Below, piece by piece: positions 1 to 12,249 of a stretch of DNA of 64,000 bases. The translations under genes were made by a program, and so were the position numbers. Source of the stretch: Octopus sinensis (taxonomy: Eukaryota). Under the pieces are notes generated by a model. It saw only the letters and a list, made by a program, of their open reading frames with translations, searched no databases and had not been told where the DNA came from. Location of the stretch: the NCBI RefSeq assembly GCF_006345805.1, contig NW_021833747.1, positions 9,311 to 73,310 of the forward strand, given 5' to 3'. Each line of letters begins with the position of its first letter. The stretch's first letter is position 1.

Positions 1-2433
1 TATTTATCGACCACAACTGGATGAAAGGCAAAGTCGACCTCGGCGTTATTTGAGCCCAGAACGTAGCGACAGTGAAATACCTATTAGAGGGGACAGACAA
101 GGACAGACAAACGGATCAAGTCGATTACACCGACCCCAGTGCGTAACTGGTACTTAATTTATCGACCCCGAAAGGATGAAAGGCAAAGTCGACCTCGGCG
201 GAATTTGAGCCCAGAACGTAGCGACAGTGAAATACCGCTAAGCATTTAATCCAGCTAATGATTCTGACAGCTCGCTGCCCTCCCATTCAAGTATAATGTT
301 AATCTTCTTTCTACTATAGGCACAAGGCTTGAAATTTGGGGGATGGGGACTAATGATTTTTTTCCTACTCTAGGCACAAGGCTCGAAAATTTTGTGGCCA
401 GTCGATTAGATCGGCCGCAGAACACAACCGGTGATTAATTTATCGACCCAGAAAGGATGAAAGGTAAAGTCGACCTCGGTGAAATTTGAACTCAACGTAA
501 AGACAGACGAAATACCGCTAAGCATTTCATCCGGCATGCTAACGAGTCTTTTCTACTCTAGGCACAAGGCCCGAAAGTTTGATCGACTCCGGTACGCACC
601 TGGCATTTAATTTATCGACCCCGAAAGGATGAAAGGCAAAGTCGACCTCGGCGGAATTTGAACTCAGAACGTAGCGGCAGACGAAATACCTATTTATTTA
701 CTACCCACAAGGGGCTAAACACAGAGAGGACAATCAAGGACAGACAAACGGATTAAGTCGATTACATCAACCCCAGTGCGTAACTGGTACTTAATTTATC
801 GACCCCAAAAGGATGAAAGGCAGAACGTGGCTACGCATTTCGCCCGGCGTGCTAACGTTTCGGCCAGCTCGCCGCTTTACAATAAGTTTATAACGAAAGA
901 TATAAGAATACAACAACAACAACAACATTAACAGTTTCAAAGTTTGGCATAAGTCCAGTAAGTTCCAGGGGTGGGTAAGTTGATTACATCGACACCAGTG
1001 CTCAACTGGTACTTATTTTACCAACTGCGAAAGAATAAACTACAAAACTGAGCGCTGACCTCGACACAATTTGAACTTAAAATAGAAAAACGGACGAAAT
1101 GCCGCAAACATGTTGTTCGGCGTGCTAACGGTTCCGACTGCCCAGGTACAAGGCCTAAAATTTTGTGAGTGCATTTTAATTGATTAAATCGATCTCAGTA
1201 TTCAACTGGTGTTCGATGTTATTGACTCTGAAAGGATGAAATCAAAGTCGGCCTGATCGTATTTGGAAATGAATATTTTTAGATCGCCGTAACACCACTG
1301 CTTCAATAATCTTTTTTTGTTACAGGCAAAAAGACCTAAAGTACTAGGGTAGGGGGCCAGTCGATTTCCTCGACCTCGGTGCTCAACTGGTACTTATTTC
1401 ATCGACCCCGAAAGAATGAAAGGCAAGGTCTAACACGGTGGAATTTTAATTCAGAGTGTATAGACGGATTAAATGCCGGTAAACATTTTCTCCGGCCTGT
1501 TAACGGTTTACCAGCTAACTATTGTAATCGTAATAATAATTGTCTCTACTACAGGCACAGGGCCTGAAATTTTGTGGGAGGGGACTAGCCGCTTACATCG
1601 ACCCCCAATGTTTCATCCGTAGTTAATTTATTGTCCCCGAAAAGATGAGAGGCAAAGTAGACTTCAGCGGAATTTGAACTCATAACGTAGAGACAGGCGA
1701 AATATCGCTAAGCATTTTGCCAATGATAATAATAATAATAATAATACTTTCAAATTTTGCCACAAGGGTAGCAATTTTGAGGGAGGGGATGAATCGGTTC
1801 CATCGACCCCCGTGATCAACTGGTATGTACCTTATCGAACCCAAGAGGGTGAAAGGCAAAGCCGACCTCGGCAGAATTTGAACTCAGAACGTAGGGACAA
1901 ACAAAATACCGCTAAACATTTTGCCAATGAGCTGGCAGAATCATTAGCAAGCTGGGTGAAATGCTTCGTGGTATTTCGTCTGCCGCTACGTTCTGAGTTC
2001 AAATTTCGGGCCTTGTGCCTAGAGTAGTAAACGATATTTTAAAGGCGACGAATTGGCAGAATCGTTAGCACGCCGGGCGAAATGCGTAGCCGTATTTCGT
2101 CTGCCGCTACGTTCTAAGTTCAAATTCCGCCGAGGTCGACTGTGCCTTTCATCCTTTCGGGGTCGATAAATTAAGTACCAGTTACGCACTGGGGTCGATA
2201 TAATGAACTCAATCTATTTATCTGTCCTTGTTTGTCCTCTCTGTGTTTAGCCCCTTGTGGGTAGTAAAGAAATAGGTATTTCGTCTGCCGTTACGTTCTG
2301 AGTTCAAATGCTGCCGAGGTCGACGTTGCCATTCATCCTTTCGGGATCGATTAAGTAAGTACCAGTTACGCACTGGGGTCGATGTAGTCGACTTACCCTA
2401 TTGTTTAGCCCCCTGTGGGCAATAAGGAAATAG

Positions 2434-2435
<2 letters not shown>
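1..2435. mobile_element. Cluster of about 10 full/partial copies of tRNA-derived SINE family A, both strands, including head-to-tail dimers
   Basis: Repeated body ggcggcgagctggcagaaacgttagcacgccgggcgaaatgc...gttctgagttcaaattccgccgaggtcgactttgcctttcatcctttcggggtcgat; A-box-like TGGCAGAAACGTTAG and B-box GAGTTCAAATTCC; two tail variants (…ccccttgtgggtagtaaagaaata; …ccttgtgcctagagtagaaaaga). Confidence 0.85.
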
Positions 2436-2504
<69 letters not shown>

Positions 2505-2530
2505 TGATGATGATGATGATAATAATAATT
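2436..2530 (+). repeat. (TAA)n microsatellite; further tracts at ~2752-2833, 3299-3425, 3648-3731, 4048-4072, 4629-4682, 5725-5772, 6822-6865
   Basis: Directly visible aataataat arrays. Confidence 0.97.
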
Positions 2531-2532
2531 AT

Positions 2533-2750
2533 CGATCTTTCTGCTGGAAGCACAAGGCCTCAAATTTTGGGGGAAGGGATTAAGTCGATTACATCGATTC
2601 CAGAGCGTAACTGGTACATATTTTATCTACCCCGAAAGGATTAAAGACAAAGTTGACCTCGGCGGTATTGGAACTGAGAACGTAGCGACAGGGGAAATAT
2701 CGCTAGGCATTTCGTCAAGCTTGCTAACGATTCTGCCAACTCGCTGCCTT
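2533..2750 (-). mobile_element. SINE A (tail variant 2); near-identical copy at 3428-3647
   Basis: Reverse complement of family A body; both copies followed by the same caataataattatgataat. Confidence 0.8.
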
Positions 2751-2764
2751 CAATAATAATTATG

Positions 2765-2833
<69 letters not shown>

Positions 2834-2834
2834 T

Positions 2835-3297
2835 AAGATGGGCTACAGCAAATATTCTGCTCAATACCACAGATTTGCTTGTCAGTTGTTTGACCTTAAC
2901 CAGTTGAGCATGTCCCGTAGTGGCTGACGATATGTGCATCTCTGATCACGAGCAGAAGTAGTGGGGGAGCATCATAGCCATGTGTTGAGAGGGATTCTTT
3001 GGGGTTTGAATAATTCATCTCTGGAAACATGGGTGGTTCTTTCAACATCCTTAAACAACCCTTATTCAGGGACCTTTTGAGCGGGATGGGCTACTCAACC
3101 TGAAGAAAATTCTAACTGGGCCCCACCTGCAAGGTCATGCGCTGTTTATCTTGATATGAGATCACCATGTCGCGCACATATGGTTGTGATGCATGTGCCT
3201 GGTGTACCTTTATCAGACGGGTAGTCATGATGGGTATATTGGGCTTCGTATATTTTACCCCAGTGTAACTTCGATGGCATGAACTGCTCTCTCACTC

Positions 3298-3298
<1 letters not shown>
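2835..3298 (+). mobile_element. Non-coding TAA-flanked element X, 5'-truncated copy
   Basis: Near-identical to 4167-4628, shares the same 3' end (ctctcactc) followed by (AAT)n, flanked by TAA repeats on both sides. Confidence 0.7.
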
Positions 3299-3369
<71 letters not shown>

Positions 3370-3659
3370 TATAATAATAATAATAAATAATGATGATGAT
3401 GATGATGATGATAATAATAATAATAACAGATGTTTCTGCTGGAAGCACAAGGCCTCAAATTTTGGTGGAAGGGATTAAGTCGATTACATCGATTCCTGAG
3501 CGTAACTGGTACATATTTTATCGACCCCGAAAGGATTAAAGACACAGTTGACCTCGGCGGTATTTGAACTGAGAACGTAGCGACAAGGGGAATATCGCTA
3601 AGCATTTCGTCAAGCGTGCTAACGATTCTGCCAACTCGCTGCCTTCAATAATAATTATG

Positions 3660-3732
<73 letters not shown>

Positions 3733-3733
<1 letters not shown>

Positions 3734-4047
3734 TCTCAAAATACAAAGACCTGGAAATAGAGGTAACTAGAATGTGGAACCTGAAAACAGAAACAATTCC
3801 TATCATAGTAGGTGCATTAGGCATGATAAAAAAATATTCAGACAAATACATAACAAAAACACCAGGACTTACAAACACATATAACATACAGAAAATTGCA
3901 CTACTAGGCACTGCATACATCCTACGCAGAACACTTTCCATACAATAACCATCAGAGCATCACAACAAATCACAGCACATACCCAAGGCACACAGAGCTG
4001 CGCTCGGTAGTGAAGTGAAAGCACGCTATAAAAATAAAACTACTGAA
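3733..4047 (+). mobile_element. 5'-truncated Dong/R4-type (restriction-like endonuclease) non-LTR retrotransposon, family 1
   Basis: 3733-3948 reads LSKYKDLEIEVTRMWNLKTETIPIIVGALGMIKKYSDKYITKTPGLTNTYNIQKIALLGTAHILRRTLSIQ*, the KY.DL...IPIIVGALG...QK.ALLGTAHILR C-terminus typical of R4/Dong RLE proteins; short 3' UTR; sits inside (TAA)n. Confidence 0.85.
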
Positions 4048-4072
4048 TAATAATAATAATAATAATAATAAA

Positions 4073-4627
4073 TGCCCTGATGCAGTACCAGGCAGTGGCT
4101 CTCATGGCTTCTGATCTTAACTGATTGGAAGTGTTATCATGTACATTGTTTTGTCTTGGTATAAAAGATGGGCTACAGCAAATATTCTGCTCAATACCAC
4201 AGATTTGCTTGTCAGTTGTTTGACCTTAACCAGTTGAGCATGTCCCGTAGTGGCTGACGATATGTGCATCTCTGATCACGAGCAGAAGTAGTGGGGGAGC
4301 ATCATAGCCATGTGTTGAGAGGGATTCTTTGGGGTTTGAATAGTTCACCTTTGGAAACATGGGTGGTTCTTTCAACATCCTTAAACAACCCTTATTCAGG
4401 GACCGTTTGAGCGGGATGGGCTACTCAACCTGAAGAAAATTCTAACTGGGCCCCACCTGCAAGGTCATGTGCTGTTTATCTTGATATGAGATCACCATGT
4501 CGCGCACATATGGTTGTGATGCATGTGCCTGGTGTACCTTTATCAGACGGGTAGTCATGATGGGTATATTGGGCTTCGTATATTTTATCCCAGTGTCACT
4601 TTGATGGCATGAACTGCTCTCTCACTC

Positions 4628-4628
<1 letters not shown>
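4073..4628 (+). mobile_element. Non-coding TAA-flanked element X, longer copy (~555 bp)
   Basis: Flanked by (TAA)n both sides; no long ORF; second copy at 2835-3298. Confidence 0.7.
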
Positions 4629-4682
<54 letters not shown>

Positions 4683-4684
<2 letters not shown>

Positions 4685-5540
4685 CTACATCAAAGAAAAT
4701 ACTGCTTTCAAATTTTGGCACAAGACCAACATTTTCTGTGACGATGGGTTAGTTGATTACTTCAAATGATACTATTTCGTTCCAATAGGATAAATGGTAA
4801 TCCGAACTCGCCAGAATTTGAAGAAAGAACGTAAATACCACTAGGTATTTTGTCCGGCGTGCTAGCGATTCAGTCAGCTCGCCGCTTTAAACAGTATGAA
4901 ACACAATTGGCTACAGTAACAGCAGAGCACTAACACGCCAACAGTTGTGTTGTAACCCCTTTCAGTCATGAATAACCATGGGATTACGCCTAGAAAGTTA
5001 CCCTTCGAGACACAAGTCTGGACAAGGTTGTTTATGGAAGACCAGCAGTCGCCCATGGCATACTGGCCTCCACTCTCCACGCCACCGATGTTATCCAAGG
5101 GAAAGGCAACAGCATATACAGCTTGGCATCTGTGGCGTCGCAGTTCATTTATTAACGTGCAAGTGGCTGAGCACTCCACAGACACGTGTACAGTTAACGT
5201 AGTTCTCAGGGAGATTCAGCGTGACACAGAATGTGACAAGGCTGGCCCTTTGAAATACAGGTACAACAGAAACAGGAAGAAAGAGTGAGTGAAAGTTGTG
5301 GTGAAAGAATACAGTGGGGTTCACCACAACCCCCTGCCAGAGGTCGTGGAGCTTTAAGTGTTTTCGTTCAATAAACCCTCGCAACGCCCTGTCTGGGATC
5401 GAAACCGCGATCATAGGACCGCGACTCCGCTGCCCTAGCCACTGGGCCAATGCGCCTCGACACATGCCAACAGTACTTACAATTATTACCAACACTGTAC
5501 CGTCACCACCACAACCATCACTACAACAACAACAACAACA

Positions 5541-5571
<31 letters not shown>

Positions 5572-5652
5572 ACTACTACCTCCACTACCTCCACTACTAC
5601 TACTACCCCCACTACTAATACTACCCCCACTACTACTACTAATACTACCCCC

Positions 5653-5698
<46 letters not shown>

Positions 5699-5741
5699 TA
5701 CCGCCTCACTACTACTACTACTAGTAGTAATAATAATAATA

Positions 5742-5775
<34 letters not shown>

Positions 5776-6744
5776 CTACATCAAAGAAAATACTGCTTTC
5801 AATTTTGGCACAAGACCAACATTTTCTGTGACGATGGGTTAGTTGATTACTTCAAATGATACTATTTCGTTCCAATAGGATAAATGGTAATCCGAACTCG
5901 CCAGAATTTGAAGAAAGAACGTAAATACCACTAGGTATTTTGTCCGGCGTGCTAGCGATTCAGTCAGCTCGCCGCTTTAAACAGTATGAAACACAATTGG
6001 CTACAGTAACAGCAGAGCACTAACACGCCAACAGTTGTGTTGTAACCCCTTTCAGTCATGAATAACCATGGGATTACGCCTAGAAAGTTACCCTTCGAGA
6101 CACAAGTCTGGACAAGGTTGTTTATGGAAGACCAGCAGTCGCCCATGCATACTGGCCTCCACTCTCCACGCCACCGATGTTATCCAAGGGAAAGGCAACA
6201 GCATATACAGCTTGGCATCTGTGGCGTCGCAGTTCATTTATTAACGTGCAAGTGGCTGAGCACTCCACAGACACGTGTACAGTTAACGTAGTTCTCAGGG
6301 AGATTCAGCGTGACACAGAATGTGACAAGGCTGGCCCTTTGAAATACAGGTACAATAGAAACAGGAAGAAAGAGTGAGTGAAAGTTGTGGTGAAAGAATA
6401 CAGTGGGGTTCACCACAACCCCCTGCCAGAGGTCGTGGAGCTTTAAGTGTTTTCGTTCAATAAACCCTCGCAACGCCCTGTCTGGGATCGAAAAACCGCG
6501 ATCATAGGACCGCGACTCCGCTGCCCTAGCCACTGGGCCAATGCGCCTCGACACATGCCAACAGTACTTACAATTATTACCAACACTGTACCGTCACCAC
6601 CACACAACCATCACTACAACAACAACAACAACAACTACTACTACTACTACTACTACTATACTACTACTACTACCTCCACTACCTCCACTACTACTACTAC
6701 CCCCACTACTAATACTACCCCCACTACTACTACTAATACTACCC

Positions 6745-6793
<49 letters not shown>

Positions 6794-6821
6794 TACCGCC
6801 TCACTACTACTACTACTAGTA

Positions 6822-6865
<44 letters not shown>
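4683..6865 (+). repeat. Tandem duplication, unit ~1.09 kb (4683-5772 and 5775-6865)
   Basis: Both units start aactacatcaaagaaaatactgctttc and are nearly identical apart from 1-nt indels and microsatellite lengths. Confidence 0.9.
4940..5460 (-). mobile_element. Chimeric SINE: family C head/body joined to family E tail (duplicated at ~6030-6550)
   Basis: Right part matches SINE C (9285-9669); left part matches SINE E tail (47210-47400); switch at gcagttcattt|attaacgtgc. Confidence 0.75.
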
Positions 6866-6866
<1 letters not shown>

Positions 6867-7118
6867 GTGCTCATGGGAACTGCTCATATCCTACGCAAAA
6901 TACTCTCTATGTAATCCCAAGGTTTAAAACCAACTTAAAAATTTTTTTTTTATTTAAACTATGTATTAGACATTCACTAGTACAACACCAAAAAAAAACC
7001 CAAATATATGGCACACTAGGCATAACAACAACGTGAACTTCCAACCTGTTGTCTCTTGAGGTCTCTGGGTGAGACTTGGAGCCAACTTGTACAGACATAA
7101 AGCAAAAGTCAAACATAG
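6866..7118 (+). mobile_element. 5'-truncated Dong/R4-type LINE, family 2
   Basis: Begins in (TAA)n with VLMGTAHILRKILSM*; 3' UTR differs from family 1; ends in gaataataataat. Confidence 0.75.
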
Positions 7119-7149
7119 AATAATAATAATAATGTTAAGTGCTACTAAG

Positions 7150-7345
7150 AGTCTTTTCTACTAAAGGCTGAAAGCCTGAAAATTCGGAGCTATGGTTAGT
7201 CGATTATATCGACCGCGGTACATAACTGGTACTTATTTCATGGACCCCCTCCCCACGGAAAGGATGAAAGGCAAAGTCAACTTCGGCAGCATTTCAACTT
7301 CTACTTTCAAGACATACGAAATACTACTAAGCATTTCGCCCGGCT
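7150..7345 (-). mobile_element. SINE A, diverged
   Basis: aaggatgaaaggcaaagtcaacttcggc...ctaagcatttcgcccggc. Confidence 0.7.
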
Positions 7346-7506
7346 TCAAGTGTCACTAATAATACAATTAGTTCAACTAAAACCGGTATGTTGAGTATCC
7401 AATGAATGTTTATAAAAGACTGTGATTATAAAAGGGGAAACATTGACATCGACTTATTACAAGTAATTACGATATTTTTTTTTGTTATGTTGTTCTTTTG
7501 TGTAAG

Positions 7507-7669
7507 AGGAGTGAGTGGCTGTGTAGTAAGTAGCTTGCTTACCAACCACACGTGGCTCCGGGTTCAGTCCCAATACGTGGTACCTTGGGTAAGTGCCTTC
7601 TACTATAGCCTCGGACCGACCCAAGCCTTGTGACTGGATTTGATAGACGGAAACTGAAAGAAGCACGCC

Positions 7670-7670
<1 letters not shown>
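7507..7670 (+). mobile_element. SINE family B, 5' half
   Basis: tRNA-like head gagtggctgtgtagtaagtagcttgct...ggttcagtccc then CORE-like ccttgggtaagtgccttc. Confidence 0.8.
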
Positions 7671-7722
<52 letters not shown>

Positions 7723-7908
7723 TATTTTATTTCGTATATTTTTCACTTGTTTATGGTTTTGTGTTGAGTTTGATCTGAGAACATAATCTTTTGTGGTGAA
7801 TGGCGATTTGACGTCTATATCTAGTTGTACTGTCCACTTTTCGTGTTCAGTCCTTAATTGGTATATATATATATATATATTATAATATATTATATATCAA
7901 TATACATT

Positions 7909-8325
7909 AGTGGCTGTGTGGTAAGTATCTGCTTACCAACAACATAGCTCCGTGTTCAGTTCCACTGCGTGGCACCTTGGACAACTGTCTTCTACTATAG
8001 CCTCGAGCCGACCAAGGCTTCGTGAGAGGATTTGGTAGACAAAAACTGAAAGAAGCCCGTCGTATATATATATATATATATTTATATATGTGAGCGTGTG
8101 TGTGTGTTTGTGTGTCTGTGTTTGTCCCCCCCCCCTGCCTAACATCGCTTGACAGCTGTTGCGGGTGTGATACGTCTCGGTAACTTAGCGGTTCGGTGAA
8201 AGGAACACGATAGAATAAGTACTAGGCTTACAAAGAATAAGTCCTGGGGTCGACTTTTTCGGCTAACGGGCGCTGCTCCAGCATGGCTGCAGTCAAATGA
8301 CTGAAACAAATAAAAGAATAAAAGA
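7909..8325 (+). mobile_element. SINE family B, full length
   Basis: Head, internal (TA)(TG) tract, tail ...gctccagcatggctgcagtcaaatgactgaaac + aaaagaat repeats. Confidence 0.85.
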
Positions 8326-8792
8326 AAAAATATATATAAGTGTGGGTATGCGTGTGTGTGTGTGTATGTGTGTTTGTGTGAATTCAGCAGCAACATACCA
8401 CACCTTACCTTAACGTACCATAGCAGTGGTCCTTGTGTTATTGATTAGCCTTGCAGTTGGCTGACGAGCGATCATTTTAGAGACACATGCTTGCATAAAA
8501 TACTACATATATTCCCATACTTACACACACGCACATAACCAGGTATGTACCTGTCCATATTGCTAACACATTCATGAAATTACATAGGCACGTATATGCA
8601 TAATACATCCAGAAATGTAAACATTGAAACACCCAAATACTACACACGCATGTAGTCAAATGTATATATACGAACACCGTTAAACTTATGCAAAGAAATA
8701 CAATGCATTCGTGAATACAAAATCTACGGGGATGCTTATAGTTGCATATCTCTGCCTGTCTCTCTCTCTCCCTTTCTCTCTATATATGTATG

Positions 8793-8846
<54 letters not shown>

Positions 8847-9010
8847 CAGACATACTCATATGCATATATAATCATATAAATATATGTGTGTGAATGTGTG
8901 TGCGAGCGCGCGCGTGTGTGCATACACACGCACGCACGCGCACACGCGCACACACACATACACACACATACACACACACACACAAACACATATATATATA
9001 TATATATATG

Positions 9011-9669
9011 TGGAGGCGCAATGGCCCAGTAGTTAGGGCAGCGGACTCGCGGTCATAGGATCGCGGTTTCGATTCCCACACCGGGCGTTGAGAGTGTTTA
9101 TTGAGCGAAAACACCTAAAGCTCCACGAGGCTCCGGCAGGGGATGGTGGTGATCCCTGCTGTACTCTTTCACCACAACTTTCTCTCACTCTTACTTCCTC
9201 GTGGAGGTTTTAAGTGTTTTCGCTCAATAAACACTCCGCTGCCCTAACGACTGGGACATTGCGCCTCCATATATATATATATATGGGATGGAAGCACTCC
9301 GTCGGTTACGACAACGAGGGTTCCGGTTGATCCGATCAACGGAACAGCCTGCTCGTGAAATTAACGTGTAAGTGGCTGAGCACTCCACAGACACGTGTAC
9401 CCTTAACGTAGTTCTCGGGGATATTCAGCGTGACACAGAGAGTGACAAGGCCAGCCCTTAGAAATACAGGTACAACAGAAACAGGAAGTAAGAGTGAGAG
9501 AAAGTTGTGGTGAAAGAGTACAGCAGGGATCACCACCATCCCTGCGGGAGCCTCGTGGAGCTTTAGGTGTTTTCGCTCAATAAACACTCACAACGCCCGG
9601 TCTGGGAATCGAAACCGCGATCCTACGACCGCGAGTCCGCTGCCCTAACCACTGGGCCATTGCGCCTCC
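9011..9669. mobile_element. SINE family C inverted cluster (plus partial 9011-9197, minus partial 9197-9268, minus full 9285-9669)
   Basis: tRNA-like head ggaggcgcaatggcccagtggttagggcagcggactcgcgg...ggtttcgattccc present three times in opposite orientations. Confidence 0.85.
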
Positions 9670-10039
9670 ACATATATATATATATATATTTCTGCGCAAT
9701 ATATATATATACGCAATGAGTCTCTGTACACTTTCCATCTACCAAATGTACTCGTCTTTCGGTGGTGGTCCCGGGGCTGTAGTAGAAGACAGATATCTAA
9801 TAAAACCGTGCAATGGGACTGAACGGGAAATTACGCGGTTGCTAATCGTACCCTTTAACCAGACATCCAAGCCTGCGCTTGTATTTGCATAAATTTAATA
9901 AGTAAACTATACTCGTTTGTTTTCGTGAGAGCGCGAGAGAGAGATAGAGAAAGAAAGACGCAGAGAAGGAGATGCATATAAATAATCGCAATGCATTTAA
10001 TTGGTCGCCCTGTGTCTATTTAGACTAAGTCTATTTAAG

Positions 10040-11420
10040 GACATCCTTCTGAAACAATTTCTTAAAACACCAATAGCTGTATCAAAGATGATTTGGACAT
10101 TTTAAACCACCTCCCCCAAAACGTCAAGTATCAGCAAAGAATTCCTAATCAAATAGGCTGAATTCATCCTACGAAACAACCACTTTATGTTTGACAACAC
10201 GTTTTATCGACAAAATTCGGAATTGCCATGGGTACTAGGGCAGCCCCGGTCATTGCGAACCTAACAATGGGCTATATAGAAAGAATAATATAATAGGAAT
10301 CTTTATCTATCTTTGGAAACCCTCTTTCTCACTACATAAAAGAAAATTGGAAAAGATTCCCAGAGCACTGTTTCATTTTCTGGAATGAAAACACACGAAA
10401 TTCAAAAGACTATTAAATAGCGTCAACCCAAACATAATGGAATACAACGAAAAGGAGCTCTCATTCTTGGATATACAAATTAAAAAATAAACCTAAAAAT
10501 ACAAACATGCATATTTTTTCAAAACCACAGACGCCATACAATATCTACCGTTTGATTCATGCTACCCAAGACACACCTAAACGAACATTCCCTTCAGCCT
10601 TGCATGAAGGTTATGCACAATAGTGTCAGAAAAATTACTAGAGCCTTTAGATTGCAAGAACTCAAAAACACTGATTGACAGACACTACCCAGTTCAGCTC
10701 GTAGAGGATGGAATCAAACGTGCAACACAAATCGACATAGAAAACTTAAGAAAAGTTCAACACAGCAACACACCTTCACCGAAAATACTGCCGTACATAT
10801 CCACATACAACCCCAGAAACAAAGAAGCCTTCACCATCATCACTCCAAATTTACCAATGCTACATAGGGAAATTTTACACACACATAAAAAGCCACAAAC
10901 AACCGATATCACTAAAAAAGTTCCTCACAAAGGCAGAATTATTTTCTATAATAACGGACGCAAAAGTGAATAAACGTGGTCGACCAAATTGCGCAACATG
11001 CCCAAACTTTCTAGAAGGATCAGAATTCTTTTTCAAAGAGTGACAACAATTCAAAATCAAATGTGACTTAATCTGTGACTCAAAAAGCCTGATTTATGTT
11101 ATAAGATGCTCGTGCTGCCATCAAAACTACATAGGAATCACGAGATTATCGCTCAGACGCAGATGCACTCTGCACCGACTGCAGATTGCATTCCCAGAAT
11201 ACAGAGTGATGCCCTTTATTGAATACATTGAAAAATGCGCTAAGTAACTGCTAGTAATCCTTCTATTTTATCAATGTGCCATTGGTACACAAACATAAGT
11301 TAGATTAAATAAGGAAACCTACTTCGTTGAAAATTATAAGCCAGAACTTAACCATTTTGAAATAAGGAAACTTACCCCTTTCAAAAAAATATAAAGTAAA
11401 ACTTAACCACTTTTAACATT
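10040..11420 (+). mobile_element. Degenerate Penelope-like element (RT + GIY-YIG endonuclease)
   Basis: Fragments EFILRNNHFMFDNTFYRQ, GIAMGTRAAPVIANLTMGYIE, QYLPFDSCYP, YISTYNPRN, DSKSLIYVIRCSCCHQNYIG, KETYFVEKYKPELN; many stops and frameshifts. Confidence 0.85.
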
Positions 11421-11587
11421 GTATTCTTTCTAGACCAAATCATGTTAAATTAATAAAAATTAGTCCTTCCCAACATTTTTGATTATCTCCCTTATACCGA
11501 AAAAATCCCCTGACTACCTTCCCCTATCTGGAACGCTCATATTTCACATCCTAGCGAAAAGATGACACAATATCGGTAAAGTAATTT

Positions 11588-11626
11588 GAGAAATTTGAAA
11601 ACAAAATACGAAACCGGTTATTTCTC
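11588..11626 (+). ncRNA. Degenerate type I hammerhead motif at Penelope 3' end (U3-A8 core)
   Basis: gagaaat-TTGAAAA-caaaatac-GAAA-CCGG-TT-atttctc: 7-bp stem I, palindromic stem III ACCGGT; stem II not paired. Confidence 0.45.
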
Positions 11627-12249
11627 CATAATAATGTTACTATACACAAAATTTATAACATTTTTCTAACATGCCGATTTAAATATATACTTTAACCATA
11701 TAACACAAGTCTTCTGTAGTTTCTTCACTTTATTTTGTCTTATACATCCAACCACATGCTTTCACATACCAACTCTCTCACCTATATACATATATATATA
11801 TACATACATAAATTCATACATACATATATCTATACGTACATATATGCACACACATAACGATTATTTCCGCATATATAAGAATAAAGTACTCAATACCTGT
11901 GTTGGAATTTATATTTATTTAAAAGAGACAGCTTTTCACTCTGCTGCTATCCAATGCTTCTTACAGGCAACGATCGTCACAGGAGATTGTTACCCTCAAA
12001 CGATATTTTAGTCGTAAATACATCTGGACCGGCATTATGTTCGCAGTTGTACTTGTAAAATCGTTTCTCATTTGTTATTGCTGGTCATTTGGTCAGACTT
12101 GTCGTGACTTGCAGAGCCACCATTTTGAAGTAACTGGCTTGTAGACAAATCACTCCGCGAGGTTGTTTGGGACTAGCTTATATCGATATAATAACCGATG
12201 TTGAGGGCTGTGACGCCTGGACATCTCATGATTTCATTTTTCGACGGAA

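Noticed and set aside
1-2435. Regularly recurring gtcgac-rich repeats resembling a CRISPR array
   Set aside because: Long SINE bodies in mixed orientation, no repeat-spacer periodicity, eukaryotic context, no cas genes.
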